64,000 bases of DNA from an uncultured Verrucomicrobiae bacterium (GTDB lineage: Bacteria > Verrucomicrobiota > Verrucomicrobiia > Opitutales > JABDGR01), in NCBI GenBank assembly GCA_963765205.1, contig CAVXVB010000009.1:768001-832000 (forward strand), written 5' to 3'. The position numbers and the translations under genes are program-made. Positions 11,051-20,476 of this stretch are shown piece by piece. Under the pieces are notes generated by a model. The model searched no databases and was not told where the DNA came from. It worked only from the letters and a program-made list of their open reading frames with translations. How positions within the stretch are numbered: position 1 is the stretch's first letter; each line of letters starts with the position of its first letter.

Positions 11051-11168
11051 TGCCATGCACGGGTGTTTATGGCTGTTGGGTCTTGCGTTATATAAATGTA
11101 TGCTTTCCAATATCTTGCGATATACTTAGGTTAGGCAGTATGCAACAGGGCGCAACTCTTCAAGGCAC

Positions 11169-11197
11169 TAAAAGTGGCACAGAAGTGGCACAGGTAA
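11169..11197 (+). repeat. 29 bp direct repeat, copy 1 (arm-type integrase site-like)
   Basis: TAAAAGTGGCACAGAAGTGGCACAGGTAA, identical to 12263-12291. Confidence 0.9.
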
Positions 11198-12262
11198 TCC
11201 GGACGAATCGGTTGCCAAAGACTCATTGTAACTACTGGTAGGCCACAGGCCGCGAGGAATGGCTTGAGTGGCGTTTTAGTGGCCCCTTGGCAAAAAAGGT
11301 CCCCCCTTTTGAGCATATCGTTACAGAGGCCTTAGCGCGTGAATAGACACACTCAGGGGTCAGTCCCCAAGTGTTGCCAACCCTCGAGAAGGCGTTGGTT
11401 TTGCCTTCACCTTGCGAGCTGGTGCCACGGGACGGCATTCGTTAACTAAAAAGGGCCAAAACTTCGTCTGCGAGATGCAAATCGTAATTCCAAAAAGTTA
11501 CACTACTTGCCGAAATAAAAATACTGATGGGGTTACTCATAATTATTTTGACTTTTAGGGGTTTAGTGTGGGTATAAATGAAGGGCCTTTCGATTTGCTG
11601 TAGATTCGGACGGAAATCTTAATTAAACGTAAGGATTTCTTTTGCTGTCAAGATGCAACTTACAGATTGCGTCCTGAGGATCAATAGAGAAAATCATCTC
11701 CAAGTTTAGGGTATGGCATTGCCTTATGTAGGTTCAGGGTTAGGCATTACCAGATTTCCCTCGGAGACCCCGTTTATAAACTTTGGCTCACCCATTCAAT
11801 TCAAAACACCTCGAGAGGCAGGTTCCAACGGCCTATACAACCCACAAGGCCCCTAACTCGGCCAACAGAACACGCTGCAGGCCGCCAGAAATGGCCTGAG
11901 AGGCGTCTTTGTTGCCGCATGGCCTGTTCCCCGGCTCACGCATCTGCTTTCATACAGCCGCCTCGAGGATGTTGCTTGGCCTGCATAGCGGTTTGCTGCG
12001 TTTGATCAACCTCCTGACCTGCCCCCACGAACTGGAAGGGTTTCAGTGAGAGTTCTGGCACCTACACGCTGTTTTTGGCATCAGGCCCCCCTGGCCCTAT
12101 TCGAACTGGAACGCCCGGCTGAGCACAAAGGAACGGGGTTTCTGGGCAAAATTGCGCCTCAAAGCATGGCTCAATTGGCGTATGGTTACAACCTTCTCGC
12201 CGAGAACGGAACCTAAGCGGCTGAGTGAACCAGTCCAGTTGCCAAGTGGGCCTACCTAGCCG

Positions 12263-12291
12263 TAAAAGTGGCACAGAAGTGGCACAGGTAA
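12263..12291 (+). repeat. 29 bp direct repeat, copy 2
   Basis: Identical to 11169-11197. Confidence 0.9.
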
Positions 12292-12357
12292 AGCTTGCAT
12301 GGGCTACGGCCTTTCTATCCGTCGGTTGCTTTCCCATTTACTGTCAACGGGATAAAA

Positions 12358-12433
<76 letters not shown>

Positions 12434-12655
12434 GTCTGCCAAAGGGGAACAACTTGCCAAAAAGGCTTGGAGGGGTCAAGAGAAGAGCGAGGAAGGCGGT
12501 GTCATAATTTTCAGGCATCTTGCTGTCAATGACTTGCATTGAGCGCACGTAATTCAGCAAGCTCCCAACCAAATCCAGTCAAAACAAATTGGTGCTCCCA
12601 TTCTTTTGGTCATTTTTGTCGGTGTGCGCGGCGAGTTACCGGAAAGGCTGCACTC

Positions 12656-13529
12656 TCATGCGATTTTTCTTTTTGCAACCAACTGTCGCCGCCAGAGAAC
12701 CAAGCCCAGCGCGCCCAGAGGCATCAACCAGAGGAGCGCGGCCGGTTCCGGAATGATGAAGGGCACTACTTGGCCATTGGCATTATACATCACGCCGCCG
12801 TCCCAGTCGTTGCCCTCAGGGGGACCTCCATCAGGATCGAGAATGTTGGTGTCGTCGAGCGTGACGGCGGCCCGGGCCAAGGCCCGACCGTTGCCACTGG
12901 TGGTGCCCCCGAAAGTGATGCTGGTGCCGGCCAGATAATTGCCCAGGATTGTGCTGTCGGGGCCTATGGTTATGCCGGTCCCGGCATTCCAGAAGATGCC
13001 GTCACCGCTGCCACCACCAGGGCCGAGATTCTCGATGACGACCGCCGAATTTTGGCTGGCAATCAAGGTGGTGCCGATTTGGAAAACCCAGACCGCATTG
13101 CTCTCGCCTTTGGCGTTGAGGGTGAGGGTCCCGTCCAGCGCCGCCGTGCTGGCAAATGTATAAACACCGGGGGGCAGGATCAGCGTGCCAAGATCCGTGC
13201 CGGTCTCGTTTGCCGTGGACGCCATGCCGGCCAAACCCGCCGCAGCCTGGATGAGATCCAAATTTGCTTGATAGGTCGTCGGATCGTCGATGTAGATCGT
13301 TCCGTTCGAAACCACCCCCGGAGGAAAGCCGGTAACGCTGGCGGCTGCGCCACCGCCGACATTCCCGTTGATAATGGTGGTCGCGCCCGCGGTATTAGTT
13401 ACCGCCGAAATCGCCAAAAACGGCAAAGTTGCCCGCCGACTGCAAGATCTGGGCGGACCCAATCGTCGGGGCGCACAACAGCGCCGCGAACGCAGCCACG
13501 GGAAAGGAAATCAGGCCAAGACATTTCAT
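12656..13529 (-). CDS. Ice-binding-like (DUF3494) protein with PEP-CTERM sorting tail; frameshift at the A5 run 13416-13420
   Basis: DLGTLILPPGVYTF..A.L.GTLTL.A.G..NAVWVFQIGTTL and GRALARAAVTLD; IPEP-TM-RR tail; signal peptide MKCLGLISFPVAAFAALL from 13529. Confidence 0.85.
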
Positions 13530-13622
13530 CGTGGAAGTATAGGCCAGCCGTGGGGCTGGCGCTATGGGGCGTTACCCGACTCTTGCTGGCGGGCCTTGCC
13601 CCTCGGCCAAGTTATTTGCCAC

Positions 13623-14531
13623 TCAATTGATCATGATGCCCACACTTTTTAACATCGCAAAGTCCCCTGTCACCGTCGGCGACGCGCCAACAACCTTGAC
13701 AATGCCGCGCTTGATTAAGACCTCCAGTATCTGTTGGGCTTCGGCAGGCGCGACATAAATGAATTTGGCCGGTGGCGGCATCATGCCGGCACTGCTGGAT
13801 TCAGAATCAAAAAATCCAAAGTCCCCGTCGGCGCTGCCAAGTCTGGACGCCTTCCGATCATACCAAGCCGGATTGAGGATGCCGATTTGGCCGGGATGCT
13901 CGGCGGAAGCGGGGTCCGTGGCGTAGGGGATGAAGAGAGGACTGCTGGTCAGGAAAAATATGCTGATGAGCGCGGTGCACAGGCATAACACCACGCTCGC
14001 GCCAAACAAGGGCCGGACAATTTTTTCAATGAGTGCCCCGGGCAGCTCGCGGTAATATTGCTCCAGGCGGCAGATGCACTCTGGCCTCAACGCGCTCGGA
14101 CCACGAAAGGCGGAGGTGCGTGCTGGGTGCGCGGGCCCTTCCCTGGCTGGCGCAGGCAGTGGGGCGGGCATCGCATACTGCAACACCTCCAAGCGCTGCG
14201 CGATCCCCGGCTGGTCAAACGAATGCGGATACACCGCGCTGGCCATCCGCGCATTGAATTCCGTGAGACCCCAGTCTCTACCGATGATTGTCTCTCGCCG
14301 TTTTATTGAACTCGGCGTCGGTTCCGCCAGTTTTGACACGGTTGGCTCTTCCACAACTGGCGAGGCTAATGAGCTGAAGATCGCATTTTGCGCTGCCCGC
14401 GGCTGTGGGTGGTTGTTGGGCGCGCGTCGAAACCACTCCGGCCGCGGCTTTATCATAGGCTGGTCACATGCGTGCGGATACGCGGCCCTGATCAGCCGCA
14501 CATTAAATTCCATGAGTTCCCAGTCATCCAT
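13623..14531 (-). CDS. Hypothetical membrane-anchored protein with a duplicated N-terminal motif
   Basis: 302 aa ORF with one TM segment; DW.L.EFN.R....YPH..DQP.I occurs twice. Confidence 0.55.
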   Translation of the reverse strand: MDDWELMEFNVRLIRAAYPHACDQPMIKPRPEWFRRAPNNHPQPRAAQNAIFSSLASPVVEEPTVSKLAEPTPSSIKRRETIIGRDWGLTEFNARMASAVYPHSFDQPGIAQRLEVLQYAMPAPLPAPAREGPAHPARTSAFRGPSALRPECICRLEQYYRELPGALIEKIVRPLFGASVVLCLCTALISIFFLTSSPLFIPYATDPASAEHPGQIGILNPAWYDRKASRLGSADGDFGFFDSESSSAGMMPPPAKFIYVAPAEAQQILEVLIKRGIVKVVGASPTVTGDFAMLKSVGIMIN

Positions 14532-14894
14532 GTTATTGATTAGCTCCGGTTGTTTGATTTAAAGTGGATTTTGTTTTAAAAATGTGCCTTGGCTGGCGGG
14601 ATAGCGCATCCAAAACCCAGCGCCGCGCCCCCTCGAAACAGTATAGTACACCTCCACTGCACCCGCCATGGGGTGTTGCCCTACAGACACACTGGAGTTC
14701 TGGCTGGCGCCGTCCACATTGCCCGCACCCCTGAAACTGCCCTGCATTGAGCTGATGCTTGGAACGGGTTAACCCCCTCCACCAAGCAGCAGCGGCAACC
14801 TGGCAATGTGGACCGCGGTGGAAGGGCTTGCCGCCAGCCAAAGCTGGTGCATGATGGGCAAGAAAATTGACCAACCCCAATTTCCCAAAACCCC

Positions 14895-15845
14895 ATGAAC
14901 CCCTTATCCAATCGCCGGGATTTTCTTAAAAGTGCGGCGCTCTGGCCGCTGGGTGCGGCAATGGGCGCCGCCGCCCCTGCGACCCCGGAGCCGGACTCCA
15001 GCAGTCGAGCGGAGGGCCACCCACTCAAGGTCTCGCTCAACGCTTATAGTTTCGCACAGGCGCTCACCGCCCCGGCGGCAGGTGGCCCGGCGGCCATGAC
15101 CCTTTACGACGCGCTTGATTTCTGTGCGCAGCATGATTTCGACGGGATTGACGCCACGGGCTATTACTTCCCCGGCTATCCCAAGGCGCCCGCGGATTCC
15201 TACCTCTACGATTTCAAGCGCGAGGCGCACAAACGGGGCTTGGTTATCACGGGCACGGGCGTGAAAAACAACTTGGCCCAGGCGGACGAAGCAAAACGGG
15301 CGGACGATATTCAACTCGTGAAAGACTGGATCGAAGTCGCCGCCAAGCTGGGCGCGCCGGTATTGCGCGTGTTTGCCGGCGCGGCGCCGGAGGGCCAGAC
15401 GTGGGACACCGTGGCCGCGTGGATGGCGGCGGATTTGAAGCAGTGTGTGGAGTATGGCCGGCAGCATGGCGTCCTGGTTGGAATTCAAAACCACGCCGAT
15501 TTTCTGCAAACGGCGGACCAAGTGCTCAAGCTGCTCAAGCTGGTTGACTCGGACTGGTTCGGCGTGGTGCTGGACACCGGGAGTTTTCAAACCGGGGATC
15601 CCTACGAGGAAATCGCGCGCGTGGTGCCTTACGCGGTGAATTTTCAAATCAAGGAAAGCCCGCTGGGCGCGGCCAGCTCGATGAGAATGGATTTGACGAA
15701 ACTCATGCAAATCATCCGGGCGGGCGGCTATCGCGGCTTTTTACCCATCGAAACCCTGGTGACGCCGGGGACGCCTTACGAACCGCACGTGTTGTTGCCG
15801 CAGATGCTCCGGAAGGTGCGGCTGGCCATCGAGCAAACTGCTTAG
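14895..15845 (+). CDS. Tat-exported sugar phosphate isomerase/epimerase (xylose-isomerase-like TIM barrel)
   Basis: NRRDFLK Tat motif; QNH, LDTG, QIK and PIE metal-site pattern. Confidence 0.88.
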   Translation: MNPLSNRRDFLKSAALWPLGAAMGAAAPATPEPDSSSRAEGHPLKVSLNAYSFAQALTAPAAGGPAAMTLYDALDFCAQHDFDGIDATGYYFPGYPKAPADSYLYDFKREAHKRGLVITGTGVKNNLAQADEAKRADDIQLVKDWIEVAAKLGAPVLRVFAGAAPEGQTWDTVAAWMAADLKQCVEYGRQHGVLVGIQNHADFLQTADQVLKLLKLVDSDWFGVVLDTGSFQTGDPYEEIARVVPYAVNFQIKESPLGAASSMRMDLTKLMQIIRAGGYRGFLPIETLVTPGTPYEPHVLLPQMLRKVRLAIEQTA

Positions 15846-15968
15846 CGGTAAGGCGTTTTGCCCAAGGTTACCCGATGTTTGCCTTGGAATAACATCCAAC
15901 TGACGACGGAAACCTTATGTAGGCAATTTTGCTTCTGCAATTTCGACCCCACTCTGTGGCTAAATCCC

Positions 15969-17546
15969 ATGAATCAAGCCGAACCAGACCCCAACACAAT
16001 TTCTCGCCGGGATTTTGTCCGCACGGCCGCGCTGGCGGCGGGCGCAATCTCTTCCGGGCTCGCATTGACGCCGGCCAGCGCCGCTGATGCGGCTGCCGAA
16101 GTAAAATCTCCCGCCGCCAAACCCATGATCGGTTTCCAGGCTGAATCGTCCTACCTGCTGCAATATGGCATCGCCCGTTTTTTCGATGACGTGCAGACCC
16201 GTGCCAACGTCAACACCCTCTTCCTCCACTGCAATCTATTCGAACCGTCTTGGGTTGGTCTGGACCGGGCCAGCAACCCCGCGGGCAATTTCGCCACCGC
16301 GCACCCGCAGTTTTACCAGGATGTGTCTATGAAGCCGCAGGCCCTCGCGCCCGGCGACCCCAACCTTCCCGACACTTTGGAGCAAATCACCGCGGAAACC
16401 AAGCTGCGCGGCATCAAAATTTATTCCTGGATGGAAGAGGACAACCGCGCGCCGCCCAACATCGCCGGCATGGACCAGCTCTACGAAATTGACCTCTATG
16501 GCCGGAGAACCGGCGGCCATCCCGGCGGCCCGTGCCTCAATAATCCCTATTTCCGCAACCTCATCGCCGGGTCCGTCGAGGATTTTATCCGCTCCTACGA
16601 AGTGGACGGCCTGCAACGCGGCTCCGAACGCCAGGGACCCCTGGGCAACGCGCTGGGCGCCTGGCATCATGGCTCGAAAAGCGATCCTGGGCACACCTCC
16701 TGTTTCTGCGAATATTGCGCCGCCAAAGCCGCCAGCCAGGGGATAGATTTCGCCCGCGTCAAACAAGCATTTCTCGCGCTCGAACCCTATGTCCGCGCCG
16801 GCCGGGCCGGCCAACGCCCGCGCGACGGCTACTTTGTGGAATTCTGGCGCATTCTCCTGCGCCATCCTGAACTGCTCGCCTGGGAAAATTTCTGGGCCGC
16901 CAGCATGCGCGAAATGCAACGCGAGTTTTACACCAAGGCCAAATCCATCCGCCCGGCCGTGCAGGTGGGCTTCCATATCTGGCAGAACATCTCGTTCAGC
17001 CCGTTCTATCGCGCGGAGCAGGATTATCAGGCCTACACCGAATACGCCGATTTCCTCAAGCCCGCGCTCTACGACAACCCCGCCGCCGAACGCATGGCCT
17101 CCTTTGTCGCCAGCATCACGCAAAATATTTTTGGCGACCTCAGCCACGAGCAGATAAGCGATTTCGAATACAACGTCATGGACTTTAAGGAAAAATCCTA
17201 CGACGAAATCATCGGCCCCAATAATCCCACTTACGAAACCCAGCTCCGCAATCTTCCCATCAACGGAACGCCGCGCGGAACCTTCCCCGGTTTTTCGGGC
17301 GACTACGTTTACCGCGAAACCAAACGCGCGGTCGCCGGCGTCGCCGGCTCAAAAACCCAAATCTGCCCTGGCCTGGGCATTGATGTGGCGCTGAAGAACA
17401 GCACGCCGGAAAGTGTCCGCGACGCCGTCGAAGCCGTCTTCCGGGCCGGCGGCACCGGTCTGGTCCTCTCCAGCAGCCACGCCGCCATGCGGCCCGAGAA
17501 TCTGAGCGCCGTTGGCGCGACCCTGCGCGAACTTAAACTTGCTTGA
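15969..17546 (+). CDS. Tat-exported hypothetical protein (glycoside-hydrolase-like TIM barrel)
   Basis: SRRDFVR Tat motif; CLNNPYFR, YEVDG, CFCEYC. Start taken as the ATG at 15969. Confidence 0.7.
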   Translation: MNQAEPDPNTISRRDFVRTAALAAGAISSGLALTPASAADAAAEVKSPAAKPMIGFQAESSYLLQYGIARFFDDVQTRANVNTLFLHCNLFEPSWVGLDRASNPAGNFATAHPQFYQDVSMKPQALAPGDPNLPDTLEQITAETKLRGIKIYSWMEEDNRAPPNIAGMDQLYEIDLYGRRTGGHPGGPCLNNPYFRNLIAGSVEDFIRSYEVDGLQRGSERQGPLGNALGAWHHGSKSDPGHTSCFCEYCAAKAASQGIDFARVKQAFLALEPYVRAGRAGQRPRDGYFVEFWRILLRHPELLAWENFWAASMREMQREFYTKAKSIRPAVQVGFHIWQNISFSPFYRAEQDYQAYTEYADFLKPALYDNPAAERMASFVASITQNIFGDLSHEQISDFEYNVMDFKEKSYDEIIGPNNPTYETQLRNLPINGTPRGTFPGFSGDYVYRETKRAVAGVAGSKTQICPGLGIDVALKNSTPESVRDAVEAVFRAGGTGLVLSSSHAAMRPENLSAVGATLRELKLA

Positions 17547-17756
17547 TACAAAAAATGGAGGTGGCGGGAATTGAACCTCGTCTCCACCGCAAAGCTAAGT
17601 CGCTCAATCACGCGGACTTAGTTGATTGTTAATGGTTTAGAACTTGAAGAAATATACACCTATTTTCAAAAAAGAGAAACTAAAAACATGATTTTGGGCA
17701 ACCTTTGGGCAACCTAAACCAGGATTTTTCGCGGTGCCATGCGGCAGTGGCAATTA

Positions 17757-18449
17757 CTAAATGAGCGCGGCGATGTCACGAAATTTTTGACGCAGAGATA
17801 GAAGACGCTGTTGGCTTGCCCAGTCTGCGGAAAGATGACCGGGCAATGCTTCGTTGAATGCTGGCACACTGTTTAATTTACGCACGGACTCGATAACGTA
17901 GCTGCGGAGTTTTGCCGGAGCCTTGTTCACTTCCGCGACAATGCTTTCCCGACCGTCAATCACGGTGATAAAATCCTCAAGGTCGTGGCTGCTAAAATAG
18001 TCGCCCAGGCCCCTGTCGCCAAACGCGACATGCTTGGTCGCAAGAAATGCGATAGGGGAAATGAGCTTTAATCGGGTGTGTGCAAACTCGCGCACTTCGG
18101 CGCTTTCCAAAGCTTCCTTGAACCATGCGGTATTGAGACCAAGAAATGCGCCATCCGTCGGCATGATGTCCACCGTCAAGTTTCCCAGCACCCAACGGCA
18201 TTTCGGCGCGTCCTTGCGCATGTCATGGTCGAATCCGAGGCTTCGCAGTTTCGCTTCCACGTCAGAATACCGAAGGGTTGTTGCCACTTCCACGATGACA
18301 TCCACGTCATCGGTAGGGCGCGCGGGTGACAATTCGGGATCGTCCAGCAGAAGCGTCACGATGGAGCCGCCGACAAAGGCGTAATCCAGCCCGAGGCTAT
18401 CGAGCCGGTCCGCCACCGTTCGCAGGGCGCCGAGATTAAGCTGGGACAT
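17757..18449 (-). CDS. Nucleotidyltransferase-fold protein (AbiEii-like putative toxin)
   Basis: AFVGGS...RPTDDVDV, VDIMP, SHDLED; overlaps the upstream HTH gene. Confidence 0.75.
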   Translation of the reverse strand: MSQLNLGALRTVADRLDSLGLDYAFVGGSIVTLLLDDPELSPARPTDDVDVIVEVATTLRYSDVEAKLRSLGFDHDMRKDAPKCRWVLGNLTVDIMPTDGAFLGLNTAWFKEALESAEVREFAHTRLKLISPIAFLATKHVAFGDRGLGDYFSSHDLEDFITVIDGRESIVAEVNKAPAKLRSYVIESVRKLNSVPAFNEALPGHLSADWASQQRLLSLRQKFRDIAALI

Positions 18450-18954
18450 GGGCTTTCAAGCGGTTGGATATTTCTTTTTCAGCAATGCTGCGTTCGCGGG
18501 CTCGACCGATGCGTAAGGCATCCACTAGAGCAAGAAGGTCATAAAGTGCAGGGTCACGACGCGCAGCGCCCGGTACGCTCGCATAGAGCGGCCGCACGGA
18601 TGCACCCTGCACCTTGCCATTCGGGTCAGGCCAGACAGGAGGGATTTGTTCCGCCGCGTTCAGTTTGTCCGCCATCACGGGCGCAGCCCATGCCGTGGGC
18701 ATCCCGCGAGTTACTTCTTGCGCGTGGGCAGGAAAGGCAAAGGGAACGCCATGCACCAGAAAATCGCAAAGTGTTTCGCGCTGCACCTCCTTTGTGGCGG
18801 AATCGACCAGACGGGCATCAATGAGCCGCCGCACTGCGGCATGGACTTCCGAAGCGCTTATTCCGAGCGATTGGCCCAAATCGGCATAGCTCTGCGAAGC
18901 TGCGCCGAGGCACAGTTTCAGAGCCACCACGATGTCTTGAGGCTTGGTTAGCAT
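18436..18954 (-). CDS. HTH protein, putative cognate antitoxin/regulator
   Basis: KPQDIVVALKL, HTH (SYADLGQSLGISASEVHAAVRRL), LVDALRIGRARER; translationally coupled to the NTase gene. Confidence 0.75.
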   Translation of the reverse strand: MLTKPQDIVVALKLCLGAASQSYADLGQSLGISASEVHAAVRRLIDARLVDSATKEVQRETLCDFLVHGVPFAFPAHAQEVTRGMPTAWAAPVMADKLNAAEQIPPVWPDPNGKVQGASVRPLYASVPGAARRDPALYDLLALVDALRIGRARERSIAEKEISNRLKAHVPA

Positions 18955-18960
18955 GTAAAT

Positions 18961-18988
18961 ACGTTATTCGCGAATAGCGAATAGTCAA
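18961..18988 (-). promoter_or_regulatory. Sigma70-like promoter with a palindromic operator for the TA pair
   Basis: On the minus strand TTGACT-16 nt-TAACGT, with the ATG 6 nt further on. The spacer overlaps the palindrome TATTCGCGAATA and a repeated GCGAATA. Confidence 0.6.
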
Positions 18989-19123
18989 TCTCTATTTTCA
19001 CTTTCCCTATTCAGAAATTAGAGCCGCTTACCGCATATCGTCCAACAAAGACTGGCCTTGTCCTGTCATCAGGCGCGACTGCCAATGCGGACAGGAAATC
19101 TTCCGGGCGATACTGCGAATTGC

Positions 19124-19339
19124 TCACGAACGCAGACTAGAAAAAACGCTGCCCCAATCAATCTTAACCGTCTGCATGGCCTTCTTTGAGAAAATGCTAT
19201 TTTCCCGTTGGACTTGCTCGGGTGTCGCCAAATGCAGAGCCACGCGCTGGGAGTCATACTTCCGCAGGCGTTCATGGTAGCGCACCCAGGCAGGCCAATC
19301 GGCCTTCTTGGGTGGCTTTGGTGTGGCTAACTTTACCAT
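19124..19339 (-). CDS. Small hypothetical protein whose ATG lies inside the 40 bp shared site
   Basis: MVKLATPKPPKKADWPAWVRYHERLRKYDSQRVALHLATPEQVQRENSIF... Confidence 0.4.
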   Translation of the reverse strand: MVKLATPKPPKKADWPAWVRYHERLRKYDSQRVALHLATPEQVQRENSIFSKKAMQTVKIDWGSVFSSLRS

Positions 19340-19356
19340 GGCATCAGCAGTAGCAG
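19317..19356. repeat. 40 bp site shared between two islands (copy 1)
   Basis: TTTGGTGTGGCTAACTTTACCATGGCATCAGCAGTAGCAG, 39/40 identical to 37934-37973. Confidence 0.92.
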
Positions 19357-19969
19357 TAGGAAACCCCCCTCTTGTCGCAATCTTGACAATACCAGAGGGG
19401 CGAGGGTCAACCCAAAGAACATCTAAATAATCTTCTGAATTTGCTATAACTGTTCTTGCCAAAGAATCCGGTTAGTGGGCTTGCATAAACGGCAACCGCA
19501 TTCCTCCTTGTTCATGGACTTGCCCATTTTTCTCGACATTAAGAAATTTTCCATAGCCGCCAGTCAAAGGCTTATCCGTTATATTCTTAACATATAATCT
19601 AAGATAATGTATAACTCCTTCGTTATCGGCTGAATAGCAGTTATAGATTGAATCATTGCAAAGAACTTCTATTTTCGGTCTTTCCTTTTCTTTGTAGGCG
19701 TTAATGTCATTTTCAAGTTTCCCGCATCTTCGGTAAGCCATCTCTAAAAGACCCAAGCAGAAAAATACAAAAATCGTCACGGATTGTAACCAAGTAGGCC
19801 AACCCCAATTTGCGACATCTAATCCAAAATCTTTGGCTATCAAAAGCCCCATAGAAATCGCCCAAAATACAACCGTGGTCACAGAATCCCTCCAATCTGT
19901 CGCTTTGTGAGCCAGTTGCCTAACATAAACAATTCGCCTCCATAGAGGTTCGGTGATTCTTTTCCACAT
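19357..19969 (-). pseudogene. AT-rich membrane protein gene with an in-frame TAA, apparently truncated at the 40 bp site
   Basis: The 19472-19969 ORF (2 TM) continues in frame after the TAA at 19472-19474 (...PDSLARTVIANSEDYLDVLW...GGFP) and runs into the shared site. Confidence 0.55.
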
Positions 19970-20163
19970 GATTTCTTAGCATGGGCATCGCTTCGTTGCC
20001 TGTAAAGTGGGGATTGGACAGGGTTAAAATCAAATAGTGAAAATATGTTCATTAGTGCATGAGGGAGTTAAGCGTATAAGTCCCCAAAATAGGCCCACAG
20101 TTCTGGAGGTGGAATGTTGGGCTAATTAGAAAAACGTACAGGCGTTTCGCTTATCTGCCTTGG

Positions 20164-20200
20164 AAAACAAAACGCCGCGCTGGCAAAACCAGCGCGGCGT
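20164..20200 (-). terminator. Intrinsic terminator downstream of int-xis
   Basis: 12 bp stem ACGCCGCGCTGG/CCAGCGCGGCGT followed on the minus strand by TTTTGTTTT. Confidence 0.7.
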
Positions 20201-20220
20201 CGTTCGCGGCAAGAGGGCGC

Positions 20221-20451
20221 TCACCCACGCGCCGGGACTTTCATCTTAGTGCGGATATGCGCCGCGACTTCGACGGGGTCGAAGTAGATGAAGTGCCCGA
20301 CCTTGTGGTAAGGAATGCGCCGAAGCTTCGTCCAATCGCGCAAGGTGCGAATCGAAGGCTCCTTGCCTTTGGGGAAGATGCCGCAGGAGCGAAGTCCAAC
20401 GACATCGGTGAGTTGGCTGGTGAGAACAGGGGGTGTGAGTTGTGTTTCCAT
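20221..20451 (-). CDS. Excisionase-like MerR/HTH_17 protein
   Basis: PSIRTLRDWTKLRRIPYHKVGHFIYFD; directly downstream of the integrase. Confidence 0.8.
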   Translation of the reverse strand: METQLTPPVLTSQLTDVVGLRSCGIFPKGKEPSIRTLRDWTKLRRIPYHKVGHFIYFDPVEVAAHIRTKMKVPARG

Positions 20452-20476
20452 ATCTATTTATGCAGGTCAACTGTGG

